Shown: piece by piece, positions 20,054-29,537 of the stretch
Numbering within the stretch: position 1 is the first letter of the stretch
How the letters are laid out: every line of letters begins with the position of its first letter
Origin: Candidatus Latescibacterota bacterium
Lineage (GTDB): Bacteria > Latescibacterota > UBA2968 > SICM01
Direction: 5' to 3'
NCBI GenBank assembly: GCA_965217865.1
Contig: CBDCJO010000002.1
Location: 1,120,001 to 1,184,000 of the forward strand
Length of the DNA: 64,000 bases
Notes under the pieces: model-generated
What the model was told of the DNA's origin: nothing
What the model saw: the letters and a program-made list of their open reading frames with translations, nothing else
The model's database searches: none
Position numbers and translations under genes: made by a program

Positions 20054-20420
20054 ATTGAATATTGAATATCGGAGAATTGAATATTTGTCACGACTTTCTT
20101 GGCGGTCCTTCAATATTCAATCTTCCATTTCCCCTGACCTCCGACCTCCAACTTCATTGAATATTGAATATCGGAGAATTGAATATTTGATAAAATAAAG
20201 ACCACATCCCCCTTCCCTTAAGGGAAGCAACGTCCTGAGCCCTTCGACAAGCTCAAGATAAACTCCGTCGAAGCCACGTCCTGAGCGGAGCAAGTTGTGT
20301 AGTCGAAGGAGAGGGGCGCAGGGGGTTAGGTGTGACAGCCGATCGGTTTTTTTACATTCGTCAAAACTACCCTGAATTGAAGAGGCCTTTCAATCTTCAA
20401 TCTTCAATCTTCAATTTCCT
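20054..20420. repeat. Two copies of the modular intergenic repeat, the second with nested REP-like insertions
   Basis: ATTGAATATTGAATATCGGAGAATTGAATATTT at 20054 and 20156; closing TTCAATC-type heptamers at about 20109-20125 and 20389-20416; 20189-20389 aligns to 29813-29929 plus an ~85-bp insert. Confidence 0.85.
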
Positions 20421-20422
20421 CT

Positions 20423-22474
20423 CTATTCCACGACCACCATCGTGTACGTCCTGAGCCACGGCAGGACGAAATCCACACGGTCCTCTCCTTTGAAGGAAAG
20501 GTCCCCCGAGCCATCCCCGTCCGGAGACAGTGCGGTCACGGACTTCACGCGCTTCCCACTTGGAACTCTGATTGAGACCTTCACGTCGGGGACGGGTCGG
20601 CTGTTCTCGTAGTTGACCAGGTGGAGCATCATCCGGTCCGTGGAGGGCTGACGCACCAGTTCCGCCGTGACCGTGAGAGGAGCCTGGACATCCAGGATCA
20701 GGTCGTCTCCGGCTGCCCAGCGCACAGACAGGACCAGGGTCTCCCAGTTCTCGGGAAGGTGCCAGTATGGACCCTTGAACCAGAGATATCCTCGATCCAC
20801 GGCATTCGCATCCACCCGCGGAACCAGCTTCGGGATATAGACAACCCTGCCATTACCGAAATGCCGCATAATGGGGACCGTTGTATCTTCGGGGCTGGAA
20901 ATTCCGAAAAGGTCCGCCAGCGCAAATTCGGTCCGTGCCCGCCGCCACGGATCCCGGAGGGACGTCTCCTCCGTTGCGATCAGCTTTCCCCCATCTTTTA
21001 CAAACCCGATAAGCGTTCCAGCCTGCTCATCGCTCATCGATTCCACGTTGCCAAGGATCCATACCCTCTTATCGGATGCGGAGAGATCCGCCAGGTGTTC
21101 ATCGAACACAATCTCAAAACCTATCTTCGCCTGGATGAGGGTCTGTTCCGCAAGGAGGACCGCCCGGTGCGTCGTGTAGTTGTTGTGGGCAAGCGACGCA
21201 TAGGATCGCAGAACCGCCGCGTCCGCCACGATCTCTGTGTCGCGGAATTCGCCCCAGTGTTCGCGGTAGAACGCAACGTACCGGTGGGCCTCTGGGTGAG
21301 CGTCCGGGGAAGGGATTCCGCGATTGTAGCCCGGTTCCGGATCCCGTGACGGGATTCCTCCGTTTGCCCCGGGGTTGTAGGCGAAGGACTCCGCACGCAG
21401 TCGGAGTTCCGTGAGCAGATCCGCGTGGTGTGTATAGCTGAACACCACGTTGGAGAGCGCCCTCGCTACCTTGAAGGTACGGATCTTAGAGAGCAGGACC
21501 CCCTCTGCCGTCACCCCTGCCTCGTTTCCCTCCTCCGTCCAGAAGACATTTCCGTGGACCGCGCTTTGAGGATGCCACAGACCGTTTGAAAAGGCCGTGT
21601 TAATCCCGTTGATCCCGAAATGGGTCGCGTTGTATTCCACGGCCGTCTCCGGATTGAGTGAACGAATCAACTCCGCAAGTCGTTGGTACGCCTGGCTCGC
21701 ATAGTGACAGCGAAAGGCGATCCACTCCTGAAGTAGGGGGTCATCGATCACGGGGAAGTACCGGTAAAGCTCGCCAGATACACAATGGAAGTTGAGGAAG
21801 TGCGGGGGCTGGATATGGTCCAGGATGGTGAACCCGAACCTCTCCTTCCGTTTTTTTTCGTCCGGATACTTCGTCCTGAGAAAGGCCAGGAACTTCTCGC
21901 GGCACGCCTGGCACTGGCAGCTGTCCGGTTCCTGGACCAGCTCGAGATCGTCGAAGTGAATCAAATCAGCCCCCGCCTCCACCGCGGACCGAACGACGTC
22001 TTCGAGGTAGGCCATGTAAGCCTCTTGATTGAGACAGGGGTGATAGCGATAATATTGACTGGGGCTGTAGGCGTATGTGTGGTGCCGCCCATCGGCCGTC
22101 ACCTGGAACCAGTCCCTCGCGCTCGGTTCCTGGGCAAGGAACGTCTCATAGACAAGTGAATCGGGCCTGATGTAGACCCCGACCCGCATCCCGTGCTTAT
22201 GGCACAGCTTTATCAAATCCCGGGTCTTCTCCATCTCTTCCCGCTCCGCCTCGGTCCCGAATCCTTTGTGAAAGTGGGTGATATAAATGTTCGCCCCCAC
22301 TTTCTTAGCGCCGAGCACAAAAGCCTCTGAATGTTCTTCCTCGAAACGCTCTTCCTCGTCTACGGCCGCGGCGCCTTTCCGGCGGCGAAAGATGAGCGGC
22401 TCCCAATTGCTGACCACAACCATACCCGATTCGCTGAGCCATTTTGGAACGGGTGATCCTTTGATCCCCTTCAT
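20423..22474 (-). CDS. Glycoside-hydrolase-like TIM barrel with a beta-galactosidase trimerisation-type C-terminal domain
   Basis: LCHKHGMRVGVY, PCLNQEAY, GADLIHFDD, LIGFVKDGGKLIATEETSL, LHLVNY. Confidence 0.7.
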   Translation of the reverse strand: MKGIKGSPVPKWLSESGMVVVSNWEPLIFRRRKGAAAVDEEERFEEEHSEAFVLGAKKVGANIYITHFHKGFGTEAEREEMEKTRDLIKLCHKHGMRVGVYIRPDSLVYETFLAQEPSARDWFQVTADGRHHTYAYSPSQYYRYHPCLNQEAYMAYLEDVVRSAVEAGADLIHFDDLELVQEPDSCQCQACREKFLAFLRTKYPDEKKRKERFGFTILDHIQPPHFLNFHCVSGELYRYFPVIDDPLLQEWIAFRCHYASQAYQRLAELIRSLNPETAVEYNATHFGINGINTAFSNGLWHPQSAVHGNVFWTEEGNEAGVTAEGVLLSKIRTFKVARALSNVVFSYTHHADLLTELRLRAESFAYNPGANGGIPSRDPEPGYNRGIPSPDAHPEAHRYVAFYREHWGEFRDTEIVADAAVLRSYASLAHNNYTTHRAVLLAEQTLIQAKIGFEIVFDEHLADLSASDKRVWILGNVESMSDEQAGTLIGFVKDGGKLIATEETSLRDPWRRARTEFALADLFGISSPEDTTVPIMRHFGNGRVVYIPKLVPRVDANAVDRGYLWFKGPYWHLPENWETLVLSVRWAAGDDLILDVQAPLTVTAELVRQPSTDRMMLHLVNYENSRPVPDVKVSIRVPSGKRVKSVTALSPDGDGSGDLSFKGEDRVDFVLPWLRTYTMVVVE

Positions 22475-22525
22475 CTCGCATCTCCTCTCGGATTTAAATC
22501 CAATCCTGGAACCTTTGAAACCTTT

Positions 22526-22823
22526 TATGCATTACGTCATAAATAATTGCGCATACATTCAAGATTCGTCTTTGCTCACATGAAAAGACTCACGATAGTC
22601 CGACGCAGAGAGTGCCATCCTCGCACTGCCAGGATGAAACCCCGTGGCCTCCGAAATCCAGATTTGACCATCAGTTAGAGCAACTTGTGGAGTTGTCCAA
22701 GGGAACAACCGATGTTTCAACACTCAACAAGGCCATAGATGCGGTGGAAATGGTGTTCACGCTCAGGGAAATAGAAACGCACGTTTCGGAATATATGCGC
22801 AATTACTTAAGACGGTAATGATA
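22526..22823 (+). mobile_element. Internally deleted IS630-like remnant (298 bp, MITE-like)
   Basis: Imperfect 35-bp terminal inverted repeats, both starting TA (22526-22560 and 22789-22823). The frameshifted interior reads MKRLTI.DAESAILALQDE...SRFDHQL then NRCF.TLNKAIDAVE...ICAIT*, which resembles IS630 transposase termini as recalled. Confidence 0.7.
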
Positions 22824-22839
22824 TTACTTGCTCCACTTC

Positions 22840-22865
22840 CAATTCTGCACGCGCGTGCAGAATTG
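22840..22865. promoter_or_regulatory. Perfect 26-bp palindrome, candidate repressor operator
   Basis: CAATTCTGCACGC|GCGTGCAGAATTG with no loop, beside an AT-rich stretch upstream of the minus-strand gene starting at 22474. Confidence 0.55.
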
Positions 22866-22967
22866 AGTTTGGTTTAGCTTTATATTATTGTTTTAATTGA
22901 CGATGGACTTGAATAACTGTTTTTTTATAAAGCTATCAACACATCAGTCATCGCACTACGCCAAATC

Positions 22968-23200
22968 ATTGTGTTTTCCCATTTTCATTTTTCACCTTGC
23001 AATTTCCTTCTCGGACCCCTCCCCCAGCCCCTCCCCGGTCTGTACATAGGGGAGGGGCCGGGGGAGGGGTTTGACCCTTTTTCGAACTCCGACAAATCGT
23101 CTCAATAATCCATGACCCCCTGCCTCTGCCTTTCCTGCTGCTGCCACTGCTACTGCCTTTCCTTGACCCCTGACCTCCGGCCTCTGACCTCTGGCCTCTG
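22968..23200. repeat. Modular heptamer repeats plus a REP-like hairpin
   Basis: TTTTCAT-type run at 22970-23005; ACCCCTCCCCC.GCCCCTCCCC / GGGGAGGGGC.GGGGGAGGGGT hairpin at 23015-23069; CTGCCTTTCCTGCTGCTGCCACTGCTACTGCC and CTGACCT heptamers at 23125-23200. Confidence 0.8.
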
Positions 23201-23203
23201 TCC

Positions 23204-24784
23204 TTATTCCACCACATTCCCGTACACCATCTCCTCGTCGTAGACAATCCGGAGCTCTAGCTTGTAGAGTTCGCATTTCACCTTCAACCGGGGGTACTTT
23301 GCCAGCGTCTCGATCCGCACACGATTCTTTCCCTTTTGGATCGAACTCAATTCCGGGAAGGCCTCGAGGTGCGCCTTGGGCTCGTCCTTGGGATGCGTCT
23401 TGTAGGCATAGAATGGCAGTTTCATCCCCGCTTCTTTCTTCAGGTTCAACTCCGTTCCGTTCAGGAAACAGCGCACGTCCTGCGGGACATTGATATTCGT
23501 GATGTTCAGGCGGAGCCTGGCAGACACTCGATGGCCCTCCTCCTGGGCGCGGGGGATATCGTCCGGGACATCGAACTCCAGCTCCGTGGACCCACCCGTG
23601 CTCAAGTTCCCCAGATCCCTTGGAAGATCCATCTGATAGTAGTGCGACTTCGTCTTGAACCGGATCTCCTCGGGATCGCCCAGTTCCCGGAATGGAGTGA
23701 GATCGTACGGACCGTGGTGCATGTAATCGTAGAAGGCGATCCCGTCCGCGCCCTGTTCGTAGAGACGGTGTGCGATCGCACGGTGCTCCTCGGCCGTGGT
23801 CCATCCCTGCCCGGGACCGCTGAAATCTCTGCGGGAAGGCTTCCCCGGACCCACAAACAGCAGACAGTCCGTTCCTTCCAACGCCTTGGTCCAATCCTCC
23901 ACTTCCAGCTCGTGGAGTGAGGCGCTCCTGCACTGCCCGACCAGGAAGTCGATCCACCCCGCCTTCGCCCAGCTTCGAATATCGCCTCCGTTCTCTAAGT
24001 AATGCCGGATGTTTCCCTCCCATGGCGTCCGGTCCTTGGTCTTGGGATTCAGTGGATCGAAACAATAGAACTGAACAGAGAGCCCCATGTATCTTCCCTT
24101 CTTCTTCCCGACCCGATCGAGCATCTCGCGGATATTGCGCACGTGCCCCCCGGCGATCTCCTGCTTATCTTTCGTATCCCCGGATGAGAAGTTCAGCCCG
24201 CCCCGGCTGAAGTCCAGGTCGATCCCATCCAGGTCGTAACGTTCTGCGGCGTCCGTTAGAAAAGCGAGATCCTGCTCAAGAACAGCCGGCTTGCTCCAGT
24301 CGTAAATCGCGAATCCATGGTTATCTCCCTTCGTTGGCAGCCTCAGTTCGGGATGATCGATGTAGAACTGACTCTGCAGCGATTCGAGTCCGGGATAGGT
24401 ATGATGCGCGTCGTTCATCCGGCGCGATCCCCACACCTGCATCCCGCAGGCATGACCGCGTTCCACGGCCAGGCGAAGCGGGCAGTTTCCCGACTTGATC
24501 AGGTGCTGAAGGTTGGATGTTTGGATCCACAGACTGAAACCATAGTCATCCTGATCGTAGTCCACCTCCCGGGTCCCCCAGCTCTCGATCACTTTCGAGT
24601 CGAAGAAAGCAATGACTGTCCCCAGACACCACTGAAGGATCCCGACCTGAGTCCCGGAGATGTAATCGATCTTGGCAACAAATTCCTCCGGTGTGGCCGG
24701 ATGGCTGTACAGGCCGTCACTGCCTTGAAAAGTAGACAGGATACGCCGGTTGCGCGGCAGATCGATTCGTGGATTGTCTTTCAT
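23204..24784 (-). CDS. GHL10/DUF187-like glycoside hydrolase family protein (tandem copy 2)
   Basis: RMNDAHH, FYIDHPE, YDLDGIDLDFSR, GADGIAFYD; GGAGG RBS. Confidence 0.8.
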   Translation of the reverse strand: MKDNPRIDLPRNRRILSTFQGSDGLYSHPATPEEFVAKIDYISGTQVGILQWCLGTVIAFFDSKVIESWGTREVDYDQDDYGFSLWIQTSNLQHLIKSGNCPLRLAVERGHACGMQVWGSRRMNDAHHTYPGLESLQSQFYIDHPELRLPTKGDNHGFAIYDWSKPAVLEQDLAFLTDAAERYDLDGIDLDFSRGGLNFSSGDTKDKQEIAGGHVRNIREMLDRVGKKKGRYMGLSVQFYCFDPLNPKTKDRTPWEGNIRHYLENGGDIRSWAKAGWIDFLVGQCRSASLHELEVEDWTKALEGTDCLLFVGPGKPSRRDFSGPGQGWTTAEEHRAIAHRLYEQGADGIAFYDYMHHGPYDLTPFRELGDPEEIRFKTKSHYYQMDLPRDLGNLSTGGSTELEFDVPDDIPRAQEEGHRVSARLRLNITNINVPQDVRCFLNGTELNLKKEAGMKLPFYAYKTHPKDEPKAHLEAFPELSSIQKGKNRVRIETLAKYPRLKVKCELYKLELRIVYDEEMVYGNVVE

Positions 24785-24831
24785 CGAAACCTCCTGGGAA
24801 AAGGACAGAAGTCAGATTTCAGAATTCGGCT

Positions 24832-26409
24832 CTATTCAACGACGTTTCCATAGACCATCTTCTCATCGTAGACGACACGAAGCTCCAGCTTATAGAGCTC
24901 ACACTTCACTTTCAGCCGCGGATACTTCGCAAGCGTCTCAACTCGAATATGGTTCTTCCCCTCCCGTATCAAACCCACGTCCGGAAACGCCTCTAAGTGC
25001 GAGCGCGGATCGTCCTTCGGGTGTGTCTGTTTGCGAAACGGCAACACCAGCCCCGCTTCACGGCCAATGCGCAACTCCGTCCCATTCAGAAAACACCGCA
25101 CATCATCCGGGACGTTGATATTCGTTACATTGATCCTCAGACGCGCAGAGGCCCGATGACCCTCCTCCTGCGCACGGGGTATGTCCTCTGGAACATCGAT
25201 CTCAAGCTCAGTCGATCCACCCGTACTCATATTTCCAATATCTCGGGGAAGGTCCAGCTGATAGTAGTGAGACTTGGTCTTCACGCGAATTCCATCCGGA
25301 TCGCTCAACTCCCGGAAAGGCGTCAGATCGAACGGTCCGTGATGCATATAGTCGTAAAACGAGATCCCATCGGCACCCTGCTCATACAGCCGATGCGCGA
25401 TCGCGCGATGCTCCTCGGCCGTGGTCCAGCTCTGACTCGGTCCGCTGAATGTCCTGCGCGTCGGCTTCCCCGGGCCTACGAAAAGAAGGCAGTCCGTTCC
25501 CTCAACCACCTTGGTCCAGCTGTCGATCTCAAGCTCGTGTAGCGAGGAGCTCCGGCACTGTCCGACAAGGATATCGATCAGCCCCTCCTTCGCCCACGAC
25601 CGAATGTCCGCCCCCTTTTCGAAGTATCGCGGGATGTTTCCAACCCAGGGCGTCCGGTCCCCGGTCTTGGGATTCATCGGATCGAAACAATAAAACTGAG
25701 CCGATAGCCCGAGGTACTTACCTTTCTTCTTCCCTACTTGGTCGAGCATCTCACGGATCTTCCGCACGTGTCCACGCGTGACCTCCTGCCTGTATTTGGT
25801 GTCTCCCGACGAGAACTCCATCCCGCCCCTGCTGAAGTCCAGATCGATTCCGTCCAGGTCATAACGATCCGCCGCGTCCGTCAGGAAATCCAGATTCTGC
25901 TCCAGAACGGCCGGCTTGCACCAGTCGTAGACCATCAGTTTCTGGGGATCCCCCTCAGCAGGCATTCTCAGTTCGGGATGATCGATGTAGAATTGCGTTT
26001 GAAACACCTCCAGACCCGGGTAGGTATGATGAGCGTCGTTCATACGGCACGACCCCCAGATCTGGAGCCCACGTTCGTGGCAACGCTCTGCCACCAGGCG
26101 AAGGGGATCGTTCCCCGTCTTGATCAGGTGCTGGATGTTGGAGGCCATAGACCAAATCCCGAAGCCATAAACCTCGTTGTCGTAGTCGACCTCCCTGGAC
26201 CCCCTACTCTCGATCACCTTCGAGTCGAAGCGAGCCTGGATCGACGCCAGGCAATACTGAAAGATTCCGACCTGAGTCCCGGAGATGTAGTCGATCTTCG
26301 AAACATACTCCTCAGGGGTGATTGGATAGACCGAAAGGTCATCGTGTCCCTGCCACGTGGTGATAATTCGGCGGTCGCGCGGGAGATTGATGCGCGGATT
26401 GTCTTTCAC
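24832..26409 (-). CDS. GHL10/DUF187-like glycoside hydrolase family protein (tandem copy 1)
   Basis: Collinear and highly similar to 23204..24784 from MKDNPRI to MVYGNVVE; GTG start with a GGAGG RBS. Confidence 0.8.
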   Translation of the reverse strand: MKDNPRINLPRDRRIITTWQGHDDLSVYPITPEEYVSKIDYISGTQVGIFQYCLASIQARFDSKVIESRGSREVDYDNEVYGFGIWSMASNIQHLIKTGNDPLRLVAERCHERGLQIWGSCRMNDAHHTYPGLEVFQTQFYIDHPELRMPAEGDPQKLMVYDWCKPAVLEQNLDFLTDAADRYDLDGIDLDFSRGGMEFSSGDTKYRQEVTRGHVRKIREMLDQVGKKKGKYLGLSAQFYCFDPMNPKTGDRTPWVGNIPRYFEKGADIRSWAKEGLIDILVGQCRSSSLHELEIDSWTKVVEGTDCLLFVGPGKPTRRTFSGPSQSWTTAEEHRAIAHRLYEQGADGISFYDYMHHGPFDLTPFRELSDPDGIRVKTKSHYYQLDLPRDIGNMSTGGSTELEIDVPEDIPRAQEEGHRASARLRINVTNINVPDDVRCFLNGTELRIGREAGLVLPFRKQTHPKDDPRSHLEAFPDVGLIREGKNHIRVETLAKYPRLKVKCELYKLELRVVYDEKMVYGNVVE

Positions 26410-26562
26410 AGAACCTCCAGGAAAAGGGGATGAGCCAGAAGGAAATATTCAGAATGAATGCTTTTGTTTTAGTCTCGACTTGATTTGACGAGATAGGATC
26501 GGGCTAAGATAAATATTTCGAATCTTCTTAGTTTTTGGTGGAAAACGAGTGGGCGACGCATC

Positions 26563-26776
26563 ACCGGGCCAACGGCCCGGGTTTGAATGTGGATGAATCG
26601 AGCGGGCCATAGGTCCGCGATCCGGATCCATCCCACACATACCTTAGATGAATCAGGATGTGGGACAGGGATTGGGGGATGTGAAACTATTGCGGCCCTT
26701 CAGGCCGCACGACGCTATTGCTTTCCAAGGACCCAGGGCGTTGCCCTGGGTTGAGGAACACCGCGCCGTTGGCGTT
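26563..26776 (-). mobile_element. REP cluster enclosing a 51-bp remnant of an IS200/RAYT-type tyrosine transposase gene
   Basis: Hairpins CCGGGCC-AAC-GGCCCGG, GCGGGCC-ATA-GGTCCGC, GCGGCC-CTTCA-GGCCGC, ACCCAGGGC-GTT-GCCCTGGGT and CGCC-GTT-GGCG flank minus-strand 26680-26630, which reads IPQSLSHILIHL-RYVWD. Confidence 0.7.
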
Positions 26777-26879
26777 GAAAGAAGGTCTGACCTTAGTCTC
26801 GGCTTCTCGATTAGCTCGAATGCCGGGCCTCAATCGCGAAGACAATCTTCGAGTCCCCCTAATCTCCAACCTCCGCCTT

Positions 26880-26964
26880 TACTCTTCCTGCCACTGCTAC
26901 TGCTTTTTCCGACCTCTGACTTCTGACCCCTGACTTTTGCATTTTTCACTTTGCACTTTCCCAT
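26880..26964. repeat. Modular heptamer repeat
   Basis: TTCCTGCCACTGCTACTGC, CTGACTT/CTGACCC and TTTGCAT/TTTTCAC blocks directly after the sulfatase stop codon. Confidence 0.8.
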
Positions 26965-28476
26965 TTATGCCCCCCAGGTTCTCGGCATCCACAGAGACTC
27001 TTTTCCCATTTCAGCAAACAGAAGCTTCGTGATCAGCCTCGCCTTCAGATCAGCGCACCCGGGATCGCCCCAGAGGTTGTGAATCTCGCCGGGGTCCGTC
27101 TGCAGGTCGAAGATCTCTCCGTAGTCCCTGTTGTAGTATACAGTGATCTTATATCGTTCGTCGATGTAGGTTTTCACGTGAATCGTCGTCGGTTCGTGAC
27201 GATTCTCGGCGAGGACGTGATCCCGCACCCCCTCCTTTTGACCGAACCAAACGTCGCTCTGGTCCACGCCTGTCATCGTCCGGGGGATGGCCAGGCCGGC
27301 TGCGCTGAGAAAAGAAGGCGCCAGGTCGACGAGGGACTGGAGAGCCTCGGAGCGGTGTCCGGACGGAACCCGGCCGGGCATTCGCACGATGAAAGGAACC
27401 CGCAGCAGGTCTTCAAAATGAAAGGCCCCCTTGGCGATCATACCGTGCTGCCCGAAGAGATGGCCGTGATCGGAGGCGAAAACAACCAGGGTGTCCTCCG
27501 TCAGATCGAGGGCGTCGAGCCGCTCCAGAATCAGCCCGATGTACTTGTCCATCAGGCTGATCATGCCGTAATAAACGGCGATATCCCGGGCGAGCTCCCC
27601 CTTCTCGTGCACGTGGGTGTGAAATCCATGGAGACTCTGTCCACTCTCTCCCCATGGCGAGAAGTCCGGATTTTTCTCCTGGGTCAGTTTGAAATGAGGG
27701 GGATTCCGGTCGTGTTCCCCCTCAGCGACGGTTGGAACCGTGAGGGCGTCTGGACGGTACATCGTATCCCAAGGTTCGGGCGCCAGGTAAGGCGGATGAG
27801 GGTCGAAGAAGCTTGTCCAGAGGAGGAAACTCTCACTTTTTCTCTTGTAGGATTCCAGGAGAGCGCACGTCCGCTCCGCGATCCAGGTGTCGTAATGGAA
27901 TTCTTCCGGAATAAGCCACTTGCGTTTTTGATCCGGGTTGTTTCCGGTGGGAGGTTGAAAATAGTCGCGCCAGTTCGCACATCCCTTCTCCTCCATCCAG
28001 AGGGCGTAATGCTGCCCGACGAGATGCTCGTCGGCATGATTCCGGGCAAGCTCGACACGGTCGAATCCGTAGAAAGGCCCGTGAAAGCTTTCCCAGAATT
28101 TCAGATCTTGTAGGAGGGGAAGGCTCTCTATAGACGGGAATTCGTCCGAGCCCTTCACCGGCTGGAAATGGGCCTTACCGACGAGAGCGGTCCGGTAGCC
28201 AGCGGCACTGAAGTCCTCTCCTATGGTGTGTTCGGATTCGGGTAGTTTGGTGCCCAACGACCAGGCCCCATGCTGGCTGGGATATTTACCGGTAATGATC
28301 GACGCCCGGGTTGGCGTACAGGTTGGATTGGGACAGTAAGCGCGGGTGAAAAGACTTCCCTGTTCCGCGAAGCGGTCCAGGTTCGGAGTTCGAATCTCGG
28401 GGTTGAGACAGCCGAGTGTGTTCCAGTGCTGCTGATCGCTCGTGATCAGTAAGATGTTGGGCCGTTCCCTGGACAA
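26965..28476 (-). CDS. Sulfatase (Cys-type, formylglycine-dependent)
   Basis: PNILLITSDQ, CTPTRASIITG (CxPxR), GKAH, SFFDPHPP, SDHG, DPGEIHNLW. Confidence 0.93.
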   Translation of the reverse strand: MSRERPNILLITSDQQHWNTLGCLNPEIRTPNLDRFAEQGSLFTRAYCPNPTCTPTRASIITGKYPSQHGAWSLGTKLPESEHTIGEDFSAAGYRTALVGKAHFQPVKGSDEFPSIESLPLLQDLKFWESFHGPFYGFDRVELARNHADEHLVGQHYALWMEEKGCANWRDYFQPPTGNNPDQKRKWLIPEEFHYDTWIAERTCALLESYKRKSESFLLWTSFFDPHPPYLAPEPWDTMYRPDALTVPTVAEGEHDRNPPHFKLTQEKNPDFSPWGESGQSLHGFHTHVHEKGELARDIAVYYGMISLMDKYIGLILERLDALDLTEDTLVVFASDHGHLFGQHGMIAKGAFHFEDLLRVPFIVRMPGRVPSGHRSEALQSLVDLAPSFLSAAGLAIPRTMTGVDQSDVWFGQKEGVRDHVLAENRHEPTTIHVKTYIDERYKITVYYNRDYGEIFDLQTDPGEIHNLWGDPGCADLKARLITKLLFAEMGKESLWMPRTWGA

Positions 28477-28520
28477 ATCGATTTTTTCTTTATGATTGAA
28501 CGCCTGGCGCCGCCGACCGC

Positions 28521-29519
28521 CTATTGAGGAACGGCCATCATCTCCCGCTTAACCTCTTCCACAACCGCCTCATTCAGACCTTTGAACCGTTGAAGAATCT
28601 CCCGCCCCTCCTCGATTCGCCCCCGCCGAAGCATCGCATTTCCCAGGCCATAGGTTGCCCACGGGTTTTCCGATGCAACCCGAAGCGCCCCTTCGAACGT
28701 CTCTTGCGCAGCGTCGTTCCGGCCTAACCGCAAATAGACGTCCCCCAGCGCACACATAGCCTGAACAAAACTCGTATCGGATGCCACGGCCCGCGCATAT
28801 GCGACACGGGCTTTCTCCAACCGTCCCTGAGCGACGAAGATCCATCCCAGGTTAAAGTGTGCTTTGGGCTCGATCGGGTTGGGGGATGGGAACGCCGGGT
28901 GGGGGGTAAAAATCTTTCCCCACAGACCTTTCAACAGCATGGCGGTTCCCAGGCTGAAATTCACTAAGGCCGGACCCGGCCCCCGTCCGATCAGCCTCCA
29001 TCCATCATCCCAGAGCCTCTGACTTTCGAGCCGGCTTGATTCCGTTGTCCTCCGAAGATTCGCCTCCGCTTCCTCATACTCCCCTTGCCATAACAGCACC
29101 GTCCCCAGATTGAAATTAGCGTTCGCTCTGTCATACGAACCCTCCGGGGTGACGTGAACACCTCTCCTCAAAATATCCTCCGCTTCGTCGAGACGACCGG
29201 CTGTCGCGTGCAAATCCGCAAGCTCCAGGTATGCGAAGATTTCGAAAGGCGATAAACGAATCGTCTCCTCAAATGCTCGCACGGCAGCCGGGCTTTCTCC
29301 CCTCTTTTTACGGATGACCCCGATATTCACGTGAGCGGACGACATTTCCGGGTCCAGGTCCGCTGCCATCTCGAAAGCTCGGAGAGCCGCTTCATCCCTC
29401 CCGGAATCCGCCCGGGCAACCCCCATCTCGAAGAAAAGCCGAGCCTGGTCGGAATCACACCTCCCATCCTGGGAGACCGCCAAGAGAGCCACGCAGAAAA
29501 GGATTACCGAATGGATCAT
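28521..29519 (-). CDS. Secreted tetratricopeptide repeat protein
   Basis: Signal-peptide-like start; repeated AHVNIG, ANFNLG, AHFNLG and ATYGLG TPR helices. Confidence 0.85.
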   Translation of the reverse strand: MIHSVILFCVALLAVSQDGRCDSDQARLFFEMGVARADSGRDEAALRAFEMAADLDPEMSSAHVNIGVIRKKRGESPAAVRAFEETIRLSPFEIFAYLELADLHATAGRLDEAEDILRRGVHVTPEGSYDRANANFNLGTVLLWQGEYEEAEANLRRTTESSRLESQRLWDDGWRLIGRGPGPALVNFSLGTAMLLKGLWGKIFTPHPAFPSPNPIEPKAHFNLGWIFVAQGRLEKARVAYARAVASDTSFVQAMCALGDVYLRLGRNDAAQETFEGALRVASENPWATYGLGNAMLRRGRIEEGREILQRFKGLNEAVVEEVKREMMAVPQ

Positions 29520-29537
29520 CGGGATCGTTCTTCATAA

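Noticed and set aside
6650-20190. 33-nt identical repeat as a possible CRISPR direct repeat
   Set aside because: Only two copies per site, intervening DNA is 69-140 bp and itself repetitive, and no cas genes are present.
22612-22818. 68-aa ORF
   Set aside because: Better explained as a chimeric frame across the decayed IS630-like remnant.
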